DNA of 64,000 bases from a virus (taxonomy: Duplodnaviria > Heunggongvirae > Uroviricota > Caudoviricetes), in IMG/VR virus record IMGVR_UViG_3300028583_002208. One strand, 5' to 3'. The position numbers were made by a program, and so were the translations under genes. The notes under the pieces are model-generated. The model had not been told where the DNA came from. It made no database searches and was given only the letters and a program-made list of their open reading frames with translations. Below, piece after piece: positions 18,944-28,789 of the stretch. The first letter of the stretch is position 1, and each line of letters starts with the position of its first letter.

Positions 18944-20250
18944 TCACCTAAGTAGTATCCCTCTTGGGTAAATACTTGAGGTACTGTAGTTAATCCTTTG
19001 TTTATCAAACTTTGTTTAGCGTATTCTCTTTCTACATCAACCTCTGTTACATTGATCCCCTTATCTTTAAGGAATTGTTTAACCTTATCACAAAAAGGGC
19101 AAGACTCTTTTGTATAAACCACAACATCAGAGGGCAATGTGTTTTCCCTATTACCGAAGTCATAAATAATATCTTCGCTAGTATCATCAATAACAGAGTT
19201 TAAGCGGTAATTGTTCAAACTAACCTCTTGAGCTGACTGTTGATTAGAATCTATATCTAACCACTTATCCATCCAAGGTAAAGGGTTTTCCTCTACAACA
19301 TCATAAGGTTTAACCAATCCTAGCTTATTGTATACAGCATCCGTTCGGTATGTAACCCAATCCTTAAGGAGTCCTGATGTCAAACCAAGAACACTACGTC
19401 CTTCACTGAATATATACTCTGACCAAGAAACCTCTTGATGGTAGACGCTATCCACTAACTCTTGTACTTGAGGTTTAATCTTCTCAAAAGTAGCTTTCCA
19501 TTCTGATTCTTTAAACAGGATATCAATAATAGCTTCATCCATTTGAGTATGAATAGTCTCATCTACCATTATTTTCTGTACTAAACTTGCCACGCCCTCA
19601 AATAGGTCTCTTTCCGCTAAACTAAAAGTACATGCGAAGGAGGCCATAAATTCCATTGCTTCTAGACAGTATAGAGCTACTAAGCTTAAAAGTAGAGTTT
19701 CTCTTACTTCTTCTGAAGATACTGAGTTTTTATCCAAAGAGTATTTAGCACCAAGTATTTTTAACTTAGAAAAACTTTTAGCAATAACATCTGAACGATC
19801 AGTTATATTCTTATCGGACAGTATCTCGTTAAATATATCGTCAGGGTTAGAAATACATTGCCTAATTATTTCAGAGTACGTTAATGCATGGAGGGATTCG
19901 TTTTCGCTCCACTTTAGCATCATTTGACTCAGGTCACTATTGGAAATAAATGGTGCAAACAATGCAATTATAGATCTAGATGCAAGGCTATCCGCTTCGT
20001 ATTGAAAGGATAAGGTTTTTATCATAACATCGTAACTATTTTTATCACAACTTGCAAAATCTAACCTTGATTTCTCTAAGTCTATCTCATCTTCTGCCCA
20101 ATCTAAACTTTTAAGCTTTTTGAATAGTTTGAATAACTCTGGGTAAGGTCTGTTCATGGTATCATGTAAACCTAACCCCTCTCCCATAAATAAAGGGTAT
20201 TTTCCTGTTTTCCATCCTGTGTTAGAACGATTCAATACATTATCTATCAC
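18913..20250 (-). CDS. nrdB: Class I RNR small subunit NrdB with a C-terminal glutaredoxin (NrdH/Grx-like) domain fusion
   Basis: The N-terminal ~360 aa show an NrdB-like ferritin fold ('LFMGEGLGLHDTMNRPYPELFKLFKK...W.EDEID'). The C-terminal ~75 aa, 'VVVYTKESCPFCDKVKQFLKDKGINVTEVDV...TVPQVF', give a CPFC glutaredoxin motif. Confidence 0.8.
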   Translation of the reverse strand: MIDNVLNRSNTGWKTGKYPLFMGEGLGLHDTMNRPYPELFKLFKKLKSLDWAEDEIDLEKSRLDFASCDKNSYDVMIKTLSFQYEADSLASRSIIALFAPFISNSDLSQMMLKWSENESLHALTYSEIIRQCISNPDDIFNEILSDKNITDRSDVIAKSFSKLKILGAKYSLDKNSVSSEEVRETLLLSLVALYCLEAMEFMASFACTFSLAERDLFEGVASLVQKIMVDETIHTQMDEAIIDILFKESEWKATFEKIKPQVQELVDSVYHQEVSWSEYIFSEGRSVLGLTSGLLKDWVTYRTDAVYNKLGLVKPYDVVEENPLPWMDKWLDIDSNQQSAQEVSLNNYRLNSVIDDTSEDIIYDFGNRENTLPSDVVVYTKESCPFCDKVKQFLKDKGINVTEVDVEREYAKQSLINKGLTTVPQVFTQEGYYLGDCTSIINKYS

Positions 20251-20274
20251 TAATATGATTCCTCTTTAAATGAT

Positions 20275-20296
20275 AGGCTGTATTTTACTACAGCCT
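20275..20296. other. Stable hairpin in the nrdA-nrdB intergenic spacer
   Basis: aggctgta-ttttac-tacagcct (8-bp stem) between the nrdA stop (20303) and the nrdB start (20250). Possible processing or attenuation site. Confidence 0.35.
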
Positions 20297-20302
20297 TTAC
20301 AA

Positions 20303-21312
20303 TTACATGCGGCAACTTTCACAGTCGTCTTCTTCATCTTCTAAAATAGAAGTTGCTGCAACCGTGGCCTTAGTCTCATCTTCTTTGATACCACCTTTAC
20401 TATTCTGATAGTATAAACTTTTAAGCCCCATTTTAGTAGCGTAGAAGTAATCTTTCATCATTACAGTAAGAGGTACTTTTTCACCTTCATACTTACTGTA
20501 GTTTGTGTAAAGGTCACAACTAATACCTTGTCCATGAAACTTTTGGAAGATAGCATAACAATCTATAATATCCTTAGTAGGTACATTATAAGCAAGTTCA
20601 TAACTATTCTTAACTTCTTCCTTCTCAATATCAGGTGCTGCAAAAGTATTCACTGTACTACCAGAACGCTTAACAGTGTAAAATTCACGTATAGGGTATA
20701 AGCTGTTGGTAGTCTCGCTTGCTTGAGAGCTACTTTCAGCAGGAGGAGTTGCCTCTAGTACCGAGTTACGTATACCACCTTGCCTTATGATTCCCTTACG
20801 TAAACTTTCCCAATCAAATTTCAAACCTTGGCTATGTACATCATCTACGTTTTTATTGTACGTGTCAATAGGTAGCCAACCTTCAGGATACTTAGTCCTA
20901 TCTATTAAAGAACAGTTACCCTTTTCTTTTGCTAAACGTAAACTTGCACTGTGTAAGTAGAAGCTGTGCATTTCAGCCAAAGAGTGCATGTAATTCTTAC
21001 CCTCTAAGCTACTATAACTCAAACCTCTTACTGCCATATCATGTGCTAGATTGGTAATACCTATACCTACACTACGTCTACCTTTAGCAGTGTTCTCCAC
21101 TTGAGGGAAAGGATACTCCATCAAATCGATAACATTATCAACTGCTAGAAGAGAATAATAAGCTACATCTTCATATTCTTCTTCTGAAATTCTTCCTGCA
21201 ACTAAACAACTTAGGAAACATAAAGCAATTTCACCTGCCTCAACTCCTTTATTCTTATCATACATATCTACAACGTTTAAATAACCTTTAGTAGGTAAAA
21301 ATATTTCTTGAC
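20303..21312 (-). CDS. nrdA: Class Ia RNR large subunit NrdA, exon 2 (C-terminal half)
   Basis: Upstream of the annotated ATG the frame stays open and reads 'QEIFLPTKGYLNVVDMYDKNKGVEAGEIALCFLS...', aligning with E. coli NrdA 'LEIALPTKPLNDVNDENGEIALCTLS'. It ends with the KSLYYQN and C-terminal CxxC tail. Confidence 0.85.
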
Positions 21313-21566
21313 TATAAGATCCCCTATTTTAATAAGGGTATGGATCATATCATCATCCGTTCTGGATGTCGGGCGCTAATGTGGTTATTAAGTTCTCAAA
21401 CCCCACTGATCTCTGGACGTTCTCTATCCTTAGAGCTTCGCTGCTGATTGCCATCTACTAACTAAAACACACTCGCTTCTCAGCGATAATGCAAAGCCTA
21501 GTTAAGGTTTCCAGTCAATTCACCCAATTATTCAATACGTGTCCCCACGTAAGGCTGCGTCATTTC
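21313..21566 (-). mobile_element. Group I-type self-splicing intron (ORF-less, ~254 nt) in nrdA
   Basis: The exon-1 frame hits TGA 3 nt past the conserved 'SSNL'. Joining ...aatctgt | gtcaagaa... restores 'SSNLCQEIFLPTK' (the NLC-EI radical-site motif). P1 can form between exon 'cugu' and intron 'gcag' with a U-G pair at the junction. R-like 'cagagaucag' and S-like 'gauaugaucc' elements are present. Boundaries are good to +/-1 nt. Confidence 0.7.
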
Positions 21567-22833
21567 ACAGATTGCTACTATAGATTGTATCTTTAAAAGG
21601 AGTATGCAAATTCATTTCATCTAACCAAGTGTGGTATTTACGGCCTGTATCACCACGTTGAGTTAAGAATAGTTTTAATACTTCAAAAGAGTTAACAAAC
21701 CTCTTCTTTCCTTCACTCTTTTCATAAGATTGATAAGCTTTCTTAAACTCGTCATAGCCTTTAAAATGTGCTTCATATAATTCAGGAGAATCATAATAAG
21801 ATACCAACATCCAAGGTTCTTTTCTAGAAGCTTTTTCAGCTAATAGTTTTGTTGCTCCCATCGAATAATCAAGTCCACGTATACGCTTATCTTCTATCGT
21901 GGTAGGATGCTTCAATCGTAACAAGGTTTCTACTTCTGGGTCAAGTACTGTGTAATGTACTGTCGCACCACCACCTCTAACTTCCTGCTTAGTAGACTTA
22001 ACCGCCCCTTGTAAATAACGGTAGTAAGGTATCTTTCCTGTATGTTTATCGGGCTGAGATCTTATAGGGTCTTTAACAGAACGAGTAGTTAAAGTACAAC
22101 CGATACCAGAGGATGCATTAGTAAACTTATAAGCAGCATGTACTAAATTCTCAATAGAGTCTGCAGTATCTTCTGACTTAATTACACAACAGCTAGCAAA
22201 ACCTTTAAAAGAAGTTCTCAAACCTGCTAAGAAAGGTGTTGGCATATTGATCTTCAAGTCGCTTAAATATGTGTATAGCTTCTCAACATCTTCTAATCTA
22301 CGCTCATCAGGTTGTGTTTCCATCACCTTCATTGCAATGCCCATGAAAGCATATTGAGGTGTTTCACAAACTACACCATTTAGCTTCTTCGCATACTTAG
22401 TGCTTATTTGTTTTACTGTAGATAACTTATAATTCAAATCTTTGTCATTATCTAAAACACTATCAAGATAATCTAAGTCAGAGTCATCATAATCCATGTA
22501 CTCCCATACACCAGCAGATGTCATTTTATAATAGAAGTCTGGTAAAGATGGCCTCTCTTCGAAACCCCCGTGTACAGTTTTATACAAAGAACCTAAATAT
22601 AACCTAGCTGCCATATCTAAATGTTCAGGAGTTTTCTTATCAGAGCAAGCGTCAATTAATGCTTGTTGCAACTCTTGTGTTGAACACTTATCTTCTACTT
22701 TACGTAATGCATCAAAAACTAACCCTGACCAACAAATACCTATTGTTGAACCCCACTCTGCCATACGGTTCAATTTGTCAGGAGAAAACTCTACAACATC
22801 ACCATTACTTTTAGTAACATAGTTTATACTCAA
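21567..22833 (-). CDS. nrdA: Class Ia RNR large subunit NrdA, exon 1 (ATP-cone plus N-terminal catalytic half)
   Basis: 'VTKSNGDVVEFSPDKLNR' is an ATP-cone. '...RKYHTWLDEMNLHTPFKDTIYSSNL' aligns to E. coli '...RIYIQNVDHCNTHSPFDPAIAPVRQSNLC'. Confidence 0.85.
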
Positions 22834-22843
22834 AATCTACCCC

Positions 22844-23101
22844 TTATAAACCATTAACTAAAATATGACGAACATCTTCCGCTTCTTTAGCATTTACTAA
22901 AATGTAACTCTCTTTCTTGTCCCAAGCAGATTTAATATCACCTACAAGTTTATTGAAATCTTCCGCATAAGGAGCTTTTCTGCCATGTGTATCTTTGTAA
23001 ACTTCTAAATGGTTTTGCAGAAGCATCACCGTTTCTGGAAAGTCCTTGCTATCTAATTTAAAATCCACTAAACCTTCCATCTCAATCTTCGCTGTTGTCA
23101 T
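22844..23101 (-). CDS. hypothetical protein (immediately upstream of nrdA)
   Basis: 85-aa ORF with no recognisable motif. Confidence 0.4.
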   Translation of the reverse strand: MTTAKIEMEGLVDFKLDSKDFPETVMLLQNHLEVYKDTHGRKAPYAEDFNKLVGDIKSAWDKKESYILVNAKEAEDVRHILVNGL

Positions 23102-23534
23102 AATTATATTTCCTTCTTCTTAATCAAAATCGTATTCATCTTCTACAAAAACATCATTGGCAGGACGATCATACATTCTGCGATGTGTGTACTCATATTC
23201 ACTTGGGAAACCCATTATTTTCCAAGTGGGAGGAGATTTTTTACGATCACCTCCTTTATCTGAATTGTTATTCTTCTTAGGCAATGACTGCTTCTTCATT
23301 CAAAATGAATCTCCTTTATTCTCAAACTGGGCGCTTATTATCTCACAAGGGTTTCTTATTGTCAATAGGTTTTTGTGGTTAATTGTCACTAACTCGGGAA
23401 GTATTTATCACTGTAGAATTCCTCTCCATCAGTTGCAACCCACTTGTAATTAACACCTTCACTATTTTTAACCCCGTGAATTGTTTTTCCTTCTTTAACA
23501 CATTTACGAAAACACCACTCGTTATAACTTTCTT

Positions 23535-24041
23535 TCATAATCTTCTCCAAACTTGAACACTTGCCTTCAAATCCCCCTCACTTACCTCCAAAGGTTCTCC
23601 TACTTTCTCAAACCCTGTTAAATCTGGTTTGAAATGTGTATCCGCTTCTGGGTAAGATTGTTCTACTGTTGTCAAGTGTACTTCTTGCACCAAAGGCCAC
23701 AACTGTTCATAAATGGTTGCCCCTCCTATTACCCAAACACCCCAAAAGTTGAAAATACTTACTTCGCTTTTCCAACACTTTTCAAAGTTTGCCAAAGGTA
23801 ATTTAACAATACCATCCACTTGTTCACCATAGCCAGTATTTGTAATAATATAATTTCTACGCTTAGGTAAACCTTTCGGGTAAAAGGGTAAACTTTGGTG
23901 CGTTTTATTTCCCATAAGGATAACACTACCATCAGAAGTAACCTTTTTAAAGTAAGCTAAATCTTTTGGAAGGTGCCATAGGAGAGAATTGTCCTTTCCT
24001 ATTTCACCATTGATCCCTGTTGCAAGGATTGCTTTAATCAT
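23535..24041 (-). CDS. frd: Dihydrofolate reductase
   Basis: 'MIKAILATGINGEIGKDNSLLWHLPKDLAYFKK', 'VIGGATIYEQLWP' and 'EADTHFKPD' are DHFR signatures, collinear with E. coli FolA. Confidence 0.85.
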   Translation of the reverse strand: MIKAILATGINGEIGKDNSLLWHLPKDLAYFKKVTSDGSVILMGNKTHQSLPFYPKGLPKRRNYIITNTGYGEQVDGIVKLPLANFEKCWKSEVSIFNFWGVWVIGGATIYEQLWPLVQEVHLTTVEQSYPEADTHFKPDLTGFEKVGEPLEVSEGDLKASVQVWRRL

Positions 24042-24346
24042 AATAATGCTTCCAGTTGCATTAAATGTTGAAGGTCTTTTATTTCAACTTCGTAACCATA
24101 ATCTAGTTCATCACCTAAACCGCTCCATGCATAAAGTACATTATACTCTTTATGGTAGTACAAAGTCCCTCCACTTTTACTAGATAGTGAAAATCCTTGT
24201 AGGTATTCTTCCCAGTACCCTTCTAAATAAGCAATAATATCTTTCTTATCGTCCTTGTCTTTAATATGCTTTTGATAGGCCGCTTTAGCCTTAGGACAAA
24301 TCTCTGGGCACAAAGCATCACCGCAATACTCACATTCGTAACTCAT
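24038..24346 (-). CDS. Hypothetical Cys-rich small protein
   Basis: N-terminal 'CEYCGDALCPEICP' is a possible metal-binding knuckle. Confidence 0.35.
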   Translation of the reverse strand: MSYECEYCGDALCPEICPKAKAAYQKHIKDKDDKKDIIAYLEGYWEEYLQGFSLSSKSGGTLYYHKEYNVLYAWSGLGDELDYGYEVEIKDLQHLMQLEALL

Positions 24347-24563
24347 AAAACTAACCTTGCGTGGGATATACCTTCTGAGTAAGCAGAGTACATAATACTA
24401 ATAAAATCCTCTGCGTAATATTTATCCTCTTCATCATCTAAAGATACAACCAGTAACTGAGATAATTGATCTTCCTCCCATACCAACTTATCTGAGAGGT
24501 CTTTATCTCCTTCAAAGTTCTTGAAAACTTCTACTATTTTATAATCTTTTATCATAGTACCTC

Positions 24564-25415
24564 CTATTCACTAAATGGAAAACTAATCTTACCTAAATGT
24601 TCATAGTTTGTCAACGTGAATTTATCAGTATTTTCCAATTTCATAATATCTTCCCAAGATTGGATACTTTCACAAATCGTTAATTCAGGTTTGCATTCCA
24701 TAAAACCCCTTTTCATTTGTATTGTAAAGTTTTCTATTTGATCCTCGTAAATATGAGGTTGATTTATAACATGAGTCACCTTACCTGCTTTATTATCTGT
24801 AATACGTGCCATCAATTCTAACATAATCCAACACTCTTGTGTATTTGCAACCAAGCCAAGAGGTACATCGCACGAACGTTGAGTTGCCGTCATATGTAAT
24901 ACATCACCTAAAAGGTTAAACTGGATAGAGTGAAGACATGGGCGCAAGCAACCCTCATCAAATTGGTCAGGCTTCCAATAAGTTATAATCTCTCCTCGGT
25001 CATCTATACCAAAGCGAAGGTTATTATACACTTTATCAAATTGGTTCACCCCACCAAAGTTATGACCAAAGTAACCATATACCTTGCCCATATCATCCTC
25101 ACCTTTACGAGAAGGATTATTTAACCAAGATTTATTTAAGTTAGCATTAGCATCCCAGCTTTTAGTACCGAGTTTACGGAAAGCTGCAGCACTAGTTTTA
25201 CCTTGCCAATAGCCCAACACTTCGGCAACACCCAGTTTAAATGGTGCCTGTCGGGATGTTATAATCGGGAAACTTTCTGTACGTAGGTCATAGTTAAAAA
25301 TAACCGTTTCTCCAGTAAGACACTTCTTACCAGTACGTTCATTTGTTACCCAAACACCATTTTCCAACAAGTCTTTGCCTAGAGTGTTATATTGTCTATC
25401 TACACTGCTGATCAA
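24564..25415 (-). CDS. td: ThyA-family enzyme (thymidylate synthase, or possibly a pyrimidine hydroxymethylase)
   Basis: 'ERTGKKCLTGETVIFNYDL', 'LRPCLHSIQF' (catalytic Cys), 'QRSCDVPLGLVANTQ' and 'QPHIYEDQ' match ThyA core motifs. The DSRR phosphate-binding motif is replaced by 'DDRGEI'. Confidence 0.75.
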   Translation of the reverse strand: MISSVDRQYNTLGKDLLENGVWVTNERTGKKCLTGETVIFNYDLRTESFPIITSRQAPFKLGVAEVLGYWQGKTSAAAFRKLGTKSWDANANLNKSWLNNPSRKGEDDMGKVYGYFGHNFGGVNQFDKVYNNLRFGIDDRGEIITYWKPDQFDEGCLRPCLHSIQFNLLGDVLHMTATQRSCDVPLGLVANTQECWIMLELMARITDNKAGKVTHVINQPHIYEDQIENFTIQMKRGFMECKPELTICESIQSWEDIMKLENTDKFTLTNYEHLGKISFPFSE

Positions 25416-26043
25416 TGTACTTCACCTCCATCTAATAATTTACTCAAGTAATCTTCATTATCATAAAGAACTGTTGCTAAAGCTTTTTCCATATTATCCG
25501 AAATGGTGTGAATCTTTTTGCTGAAATCTTTAGTAACACTTTCAAAATTTTCTTTTACTAAAACTTGATACAACATTTCCACATCTTCGTCATCTTTAAA
25601 TATTTCCAACTCCTTTTTAATAACCTTATCCGCTTCATCTGAAACGAAATCAATTGCAGCTACAGGCATATCTTTGAAAATACCCTTTAGTAAGTTGTAA
25701 TAGGTATTTGAAAAAGAGTTAATACATTTATCTAATTTTTCATTGTTATTCATAATCATTTTCTCCAAAGGTTAACTCTCTCAAATAGTCACTTTTCTGC
25801 ATACTTTCTAAAGAGGTTTCTTTCAAAACAGCCAATTGACCATCAGATAATTCTTTTTCTAAATCACCCACTGTGCGGAAAGTGTTTTGTCTTGGGTGAA
25901 GCATAAATCCACTTAGACCATCTTTCGTTGATTGGAAGCCACCACCTTTATTCCAAAGTGCATCCAAGTATCCGCAACGTGAATCCCGTTCTTGGCGAGT
26001 GTACTCATTTAATTGTGAGGCTGTTTTGCAAAGTTTATACGAT

Positions 26044-26382
26044 TTATTCATAATTGATATCTCCATTTACTGAACTTACATTGCCTGCTATTTTAAGAGA
26101 AGATACATCTCCATTTACAGTGCTAACAGTACCTTCTATAACGTCAGCTTTAATATTACCGTTGGTGGTGGTAACATTCTTTATAAGGTTAGCTGTTACA
26201 TTACCATTCTCATTATTTAATGTTTCTATGTCACCAATCACTGTCACATGTACAACACCAGTGAGTTTTTGTTCCATAGTTTTTCCATCTACAACAACTT
26301 CTCCATTATTTATAGAAATATTACTACCTGAGTAAGATGTTCCATTAACTTCTATACTCCCGTTATTCATAGTTATATTCAA
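26044..26382 (-). CDS. Bactofilin-like / beta-helical repeat protein
   Basis: A 112-aa protein built from about 10 repeats of the form NG.I/V...V.G.V (for example 'NGEVVVDGKT', 'NGNIKADVIEGTVSTVNGDVSSLKIAGNVSSVNGDI'). Confidence 0.4.
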   Translation of the reverse strand: MNITMNNGSIEVNGTSYSGSNISINNGEVVVDGKTMEQKLTGVVHVTVIGDIETLNNENGNVTANLIKNVTTTNGNIKADVIEGTVSTVNGDVSSLKIAGNVSSVNGDINYE

Positions 26383-26685
26383 TATTATCTCTCCTGTTTA
26401 TTCAATGTGGTAATTGTAGCAGAATCCTTCCCGCTGTCAATATATTATTTAGGTTTATTTCATACCTATCTTATCTTTGAAATCTTCTTTACTTAGGGCA
26501 TCTTCATAACAAATATGAGGTTGCATTTCAAACAACCAGAACTCTCCGCAAGACGGTTGATATTCTAAATAAGGATTATCCCCTTCACCTACCAAATTAG
26601 AATCTAGTTCAAAGTTCTCTCTTATGAACATGAGCATTTCCTCATCATAATCTAGCGTATAAAATGCATCTTCACCTAACATAAA

Positions 26686-27378
26686 CTACTCCTCTAAATA
26701 ACCATCTTTTCTAATGAGTAGTTCTTCTTTATGGTTACGTAAATATTCAAATATTTGTAACTTCCTTGAAGCTGCATTCTTTTCAGGGACTATACCTTTT
26801 TTCTTCAAGAAAGTGTTTTGTCCTTTGGCTGTTTTACTTTCCGCAATCATTTGTTTATGTGCCGATGCATCGTTAAAACTTTTAAACCCGTATTTATCTT
26901 TATACTTGTCATAATGAGAAATCACTTTGTGAAACTCAGTATCAATTATCTGCATATTATCCTGACTTGTCAATAGTCTTAGAAAATATATCAGAGCCTC
27001 TGGGACATTTGTACAACTTCCTGCGGGGTCTATATGATCAACATTATAAGTAGCAAACCTTTGCCCTTTAGGTTTTGAAGCTTTTAAAATCTTACCTGTT
27101 TGTTCACATATATAAGCTTTATAGGTTACTTGTTGCCCTTTCCTTTTACCCGTTTTAAAGTAAGTAGGGTTACCTTTGTCATCTAACTTAGGGATATCTA
27201 CTTTCCTTTTAGCTTGGTAATCGTTTTTGAGAATCCAATCTGACCAAATACTTCTGAATTGGCTCCTCAACCAATCTACATACTGACCTTCTGTAGTCCA
27301 GATAGATCCTTCCCACTTCCAAGGTTGATGGTGTTGTATTTCCTTTAACAACTTGTTAATGAATTCATCTTCTTTCAA
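26686..27378 (-). CDS. HNH endonuclease-like protein
   Basis: 'CEQTGKIL...ATYNVDHIDPAGSC' fits the C-x2-C ... VDHIxP HNH core. Basic overall. Confidence 0.45.
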   Translation of the reverse strand: MKEDEFINKLLKEIQHHQPWKWEGSIWTTEGQYVDWLRSQFRSIWSDWILKNDYQAKRKVDIPKLDDKGNPTYFKTGKRKGQQVTYKAYICEQTGKILKASKPKGQRFATYNVDHIDPAGSCTNVPEALIYFLRLLTSQDNMQIIDTEFHKVISHYDKYKDKYGFKSFNDASAHKQMIAESKTAKGQNTFLKKKGIVPEKNAASRKLQIFEYLRNHKEELLIRKDGYLEE

Positions 27379-27851
27379 ATCAAACCCCTTCTACATAAGA
27401 AATAATTTCCACATCAGTGATATTTGCACAAGCTTCATAATTTTCCGTCAAGTCCATATACCAAAGTGTATCACCTTCTAAAGAGTAAGGTTTTACAAGG
27501 TTACCCTCAAAGAACAAAAGGTCATTTGTTTCAATGGCAGTATTTATTAAAGCTTTATTACCCATTACATGAAGTCCTCGTACTTATCATAAAATTCATC
27601 TTCGGTAAGTTGATTCTTTGTAAGCAACACCTTTGTAATTGTTTCACCACAACCCGTATCATAGTTTATGAAAGTGCAATCATCTTTAATGGAAACGCCT
27701 TCTTTTACCTCACCAGAGTATACATCACCTCTTGACACATAATAAAAATCACTTTCGTCTACAAAGAATTCACCTTCGCAATATTCCATGTAAGGATAGA
27801 AATCCTCATTTACTTCCTCTAGTACAGATTTAATCTTATCAAATAATGACA

Positions 27852-28529
27852 TTACACTTCCTCCAATAATTCCTGTGGCTCACGGAAACTACTCGGTTTA
27901 AGGTATTTACCTTTTGGAAAACGTTCATTGTTTTTAGAATCATATTTACTCTTGAAAATGTAAACCTGTTTACCTAAAAGTTCACCTTCTTCAAAATATA
28001 CATCTTTGTAGCGACCTTTTTCCTCAATCTTATCTGCTTCTACTTCTGGGTCAACTGTACCAACCTCAGGGAATTTAGAAAGATTACTTTTGTTCACAGC
28101 ATGTAGATAAGCAACAATATCACCTTCCACCGAATCGACAGCATCTTCAATAGCACCTAATGCATCCACATAGTTACGTTCACGGAAGAATCGGTAACCT
28201 TCGTACACAAGATCATCAACACTTCGCTCAGATTCATTTAGGTAAAGTGGTGCATTCTTGGTTAAGTAATCATCCCCATCAACAATACACACCAATTCTG
28301 AAAGGGTTGTTAAAATATCCCCAAGGCCATCATGCAGCTCAACAATATCATTTTCATTAATAGCTTTCACCGTTTCTAAAAATTCACTCTCTGTTAGTGC
28401 AAATTGATTATCTTCATATTCAGCAGTTAATTCATTTCCAACACAAGCATTAATATTTCGTGCAGTGATATATACTTGTTGGATTGCTGCTGCTTTCTCT
28501 GCTTTGTTGCTACGTGATAATTTTGTCAT
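27852..28529 (-). CDS. Possible MazG-like nucleotide pyrophosphohydrolase
   Basis: 'ESEFLETVKAINENDIVELHDGLGDILTTLSELVCI' resembles the EExxE...ELGDxL helix pair of MazG and dCTPase-type enzymes. Weak. Confidence 0.3.
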   Translation of the reverse strand: MTKLSRSNKAEKAAAIQQVYITARNINACVGNELTAEYEDNQFALTESEFLETVKAINENDIVELHDGLGDILTTLSELVCIVDGDDYLTKNAPLYLNESERSVDDLVYEGYRFFRERNYVDALGAIEDAVDSVEGDIVAYLHAVNKSNLSKFPEVGTVDPEVEADKIEEKGRYKDVYFEEGELLGKQVYIFKSKYDSKNNERFPKGKYLKPSSFREPQELLEEV

Positions 28530-28789
28530 AATACTATTCTCCTACTTTTACATAAATTAAATTTGTGTTGAAAAGGTTTTCCAATTCATCTTCACCCTTT
28601 CCTGATAAATACCAATCATAAAAGAAGCCACAATCCCATTGATAAACTATGCCATTTTCAGGAATATCTTCTGGAGAAGTGATCTGTTTGTACTTAGAAT
28701 AAGGTGTAGATAACTGTTCCCCAGTACCTGAGAGAGGTTTACCATTAATCGTCACAACTGCGTCTTCTGGACTGTAACTTTTCATAATA

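Noticed and set aside
20303-22833. nrdA as two independent genes, i.e. a naturally split RNR
   Set aside because: The essential Cys codon is reconstituted only by joining the two reading frames. The intervening 254 nt have group I-like core elements and no coding capacity. Splicing is the simplest explanation.
23157-23453. 98-aa plus-strand ORF between nrdA and frd
   Set aside because: It is antisense to two short (47-59 codon) minus-strand ORFs that fit the operon direction. Its composition is not protein-like.
24564-25415. T4-type dCMP hydroxymethylase
   Set aside because: The substrate-specificity Asn (VANTQ) is retained, not replaced by the Asp of dCMP hydroxymethylases, and DHFR is adjacent. 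Ambiguity between thymidylate synthase and a dUMP-hydroxymethylase type is kept as a finding.
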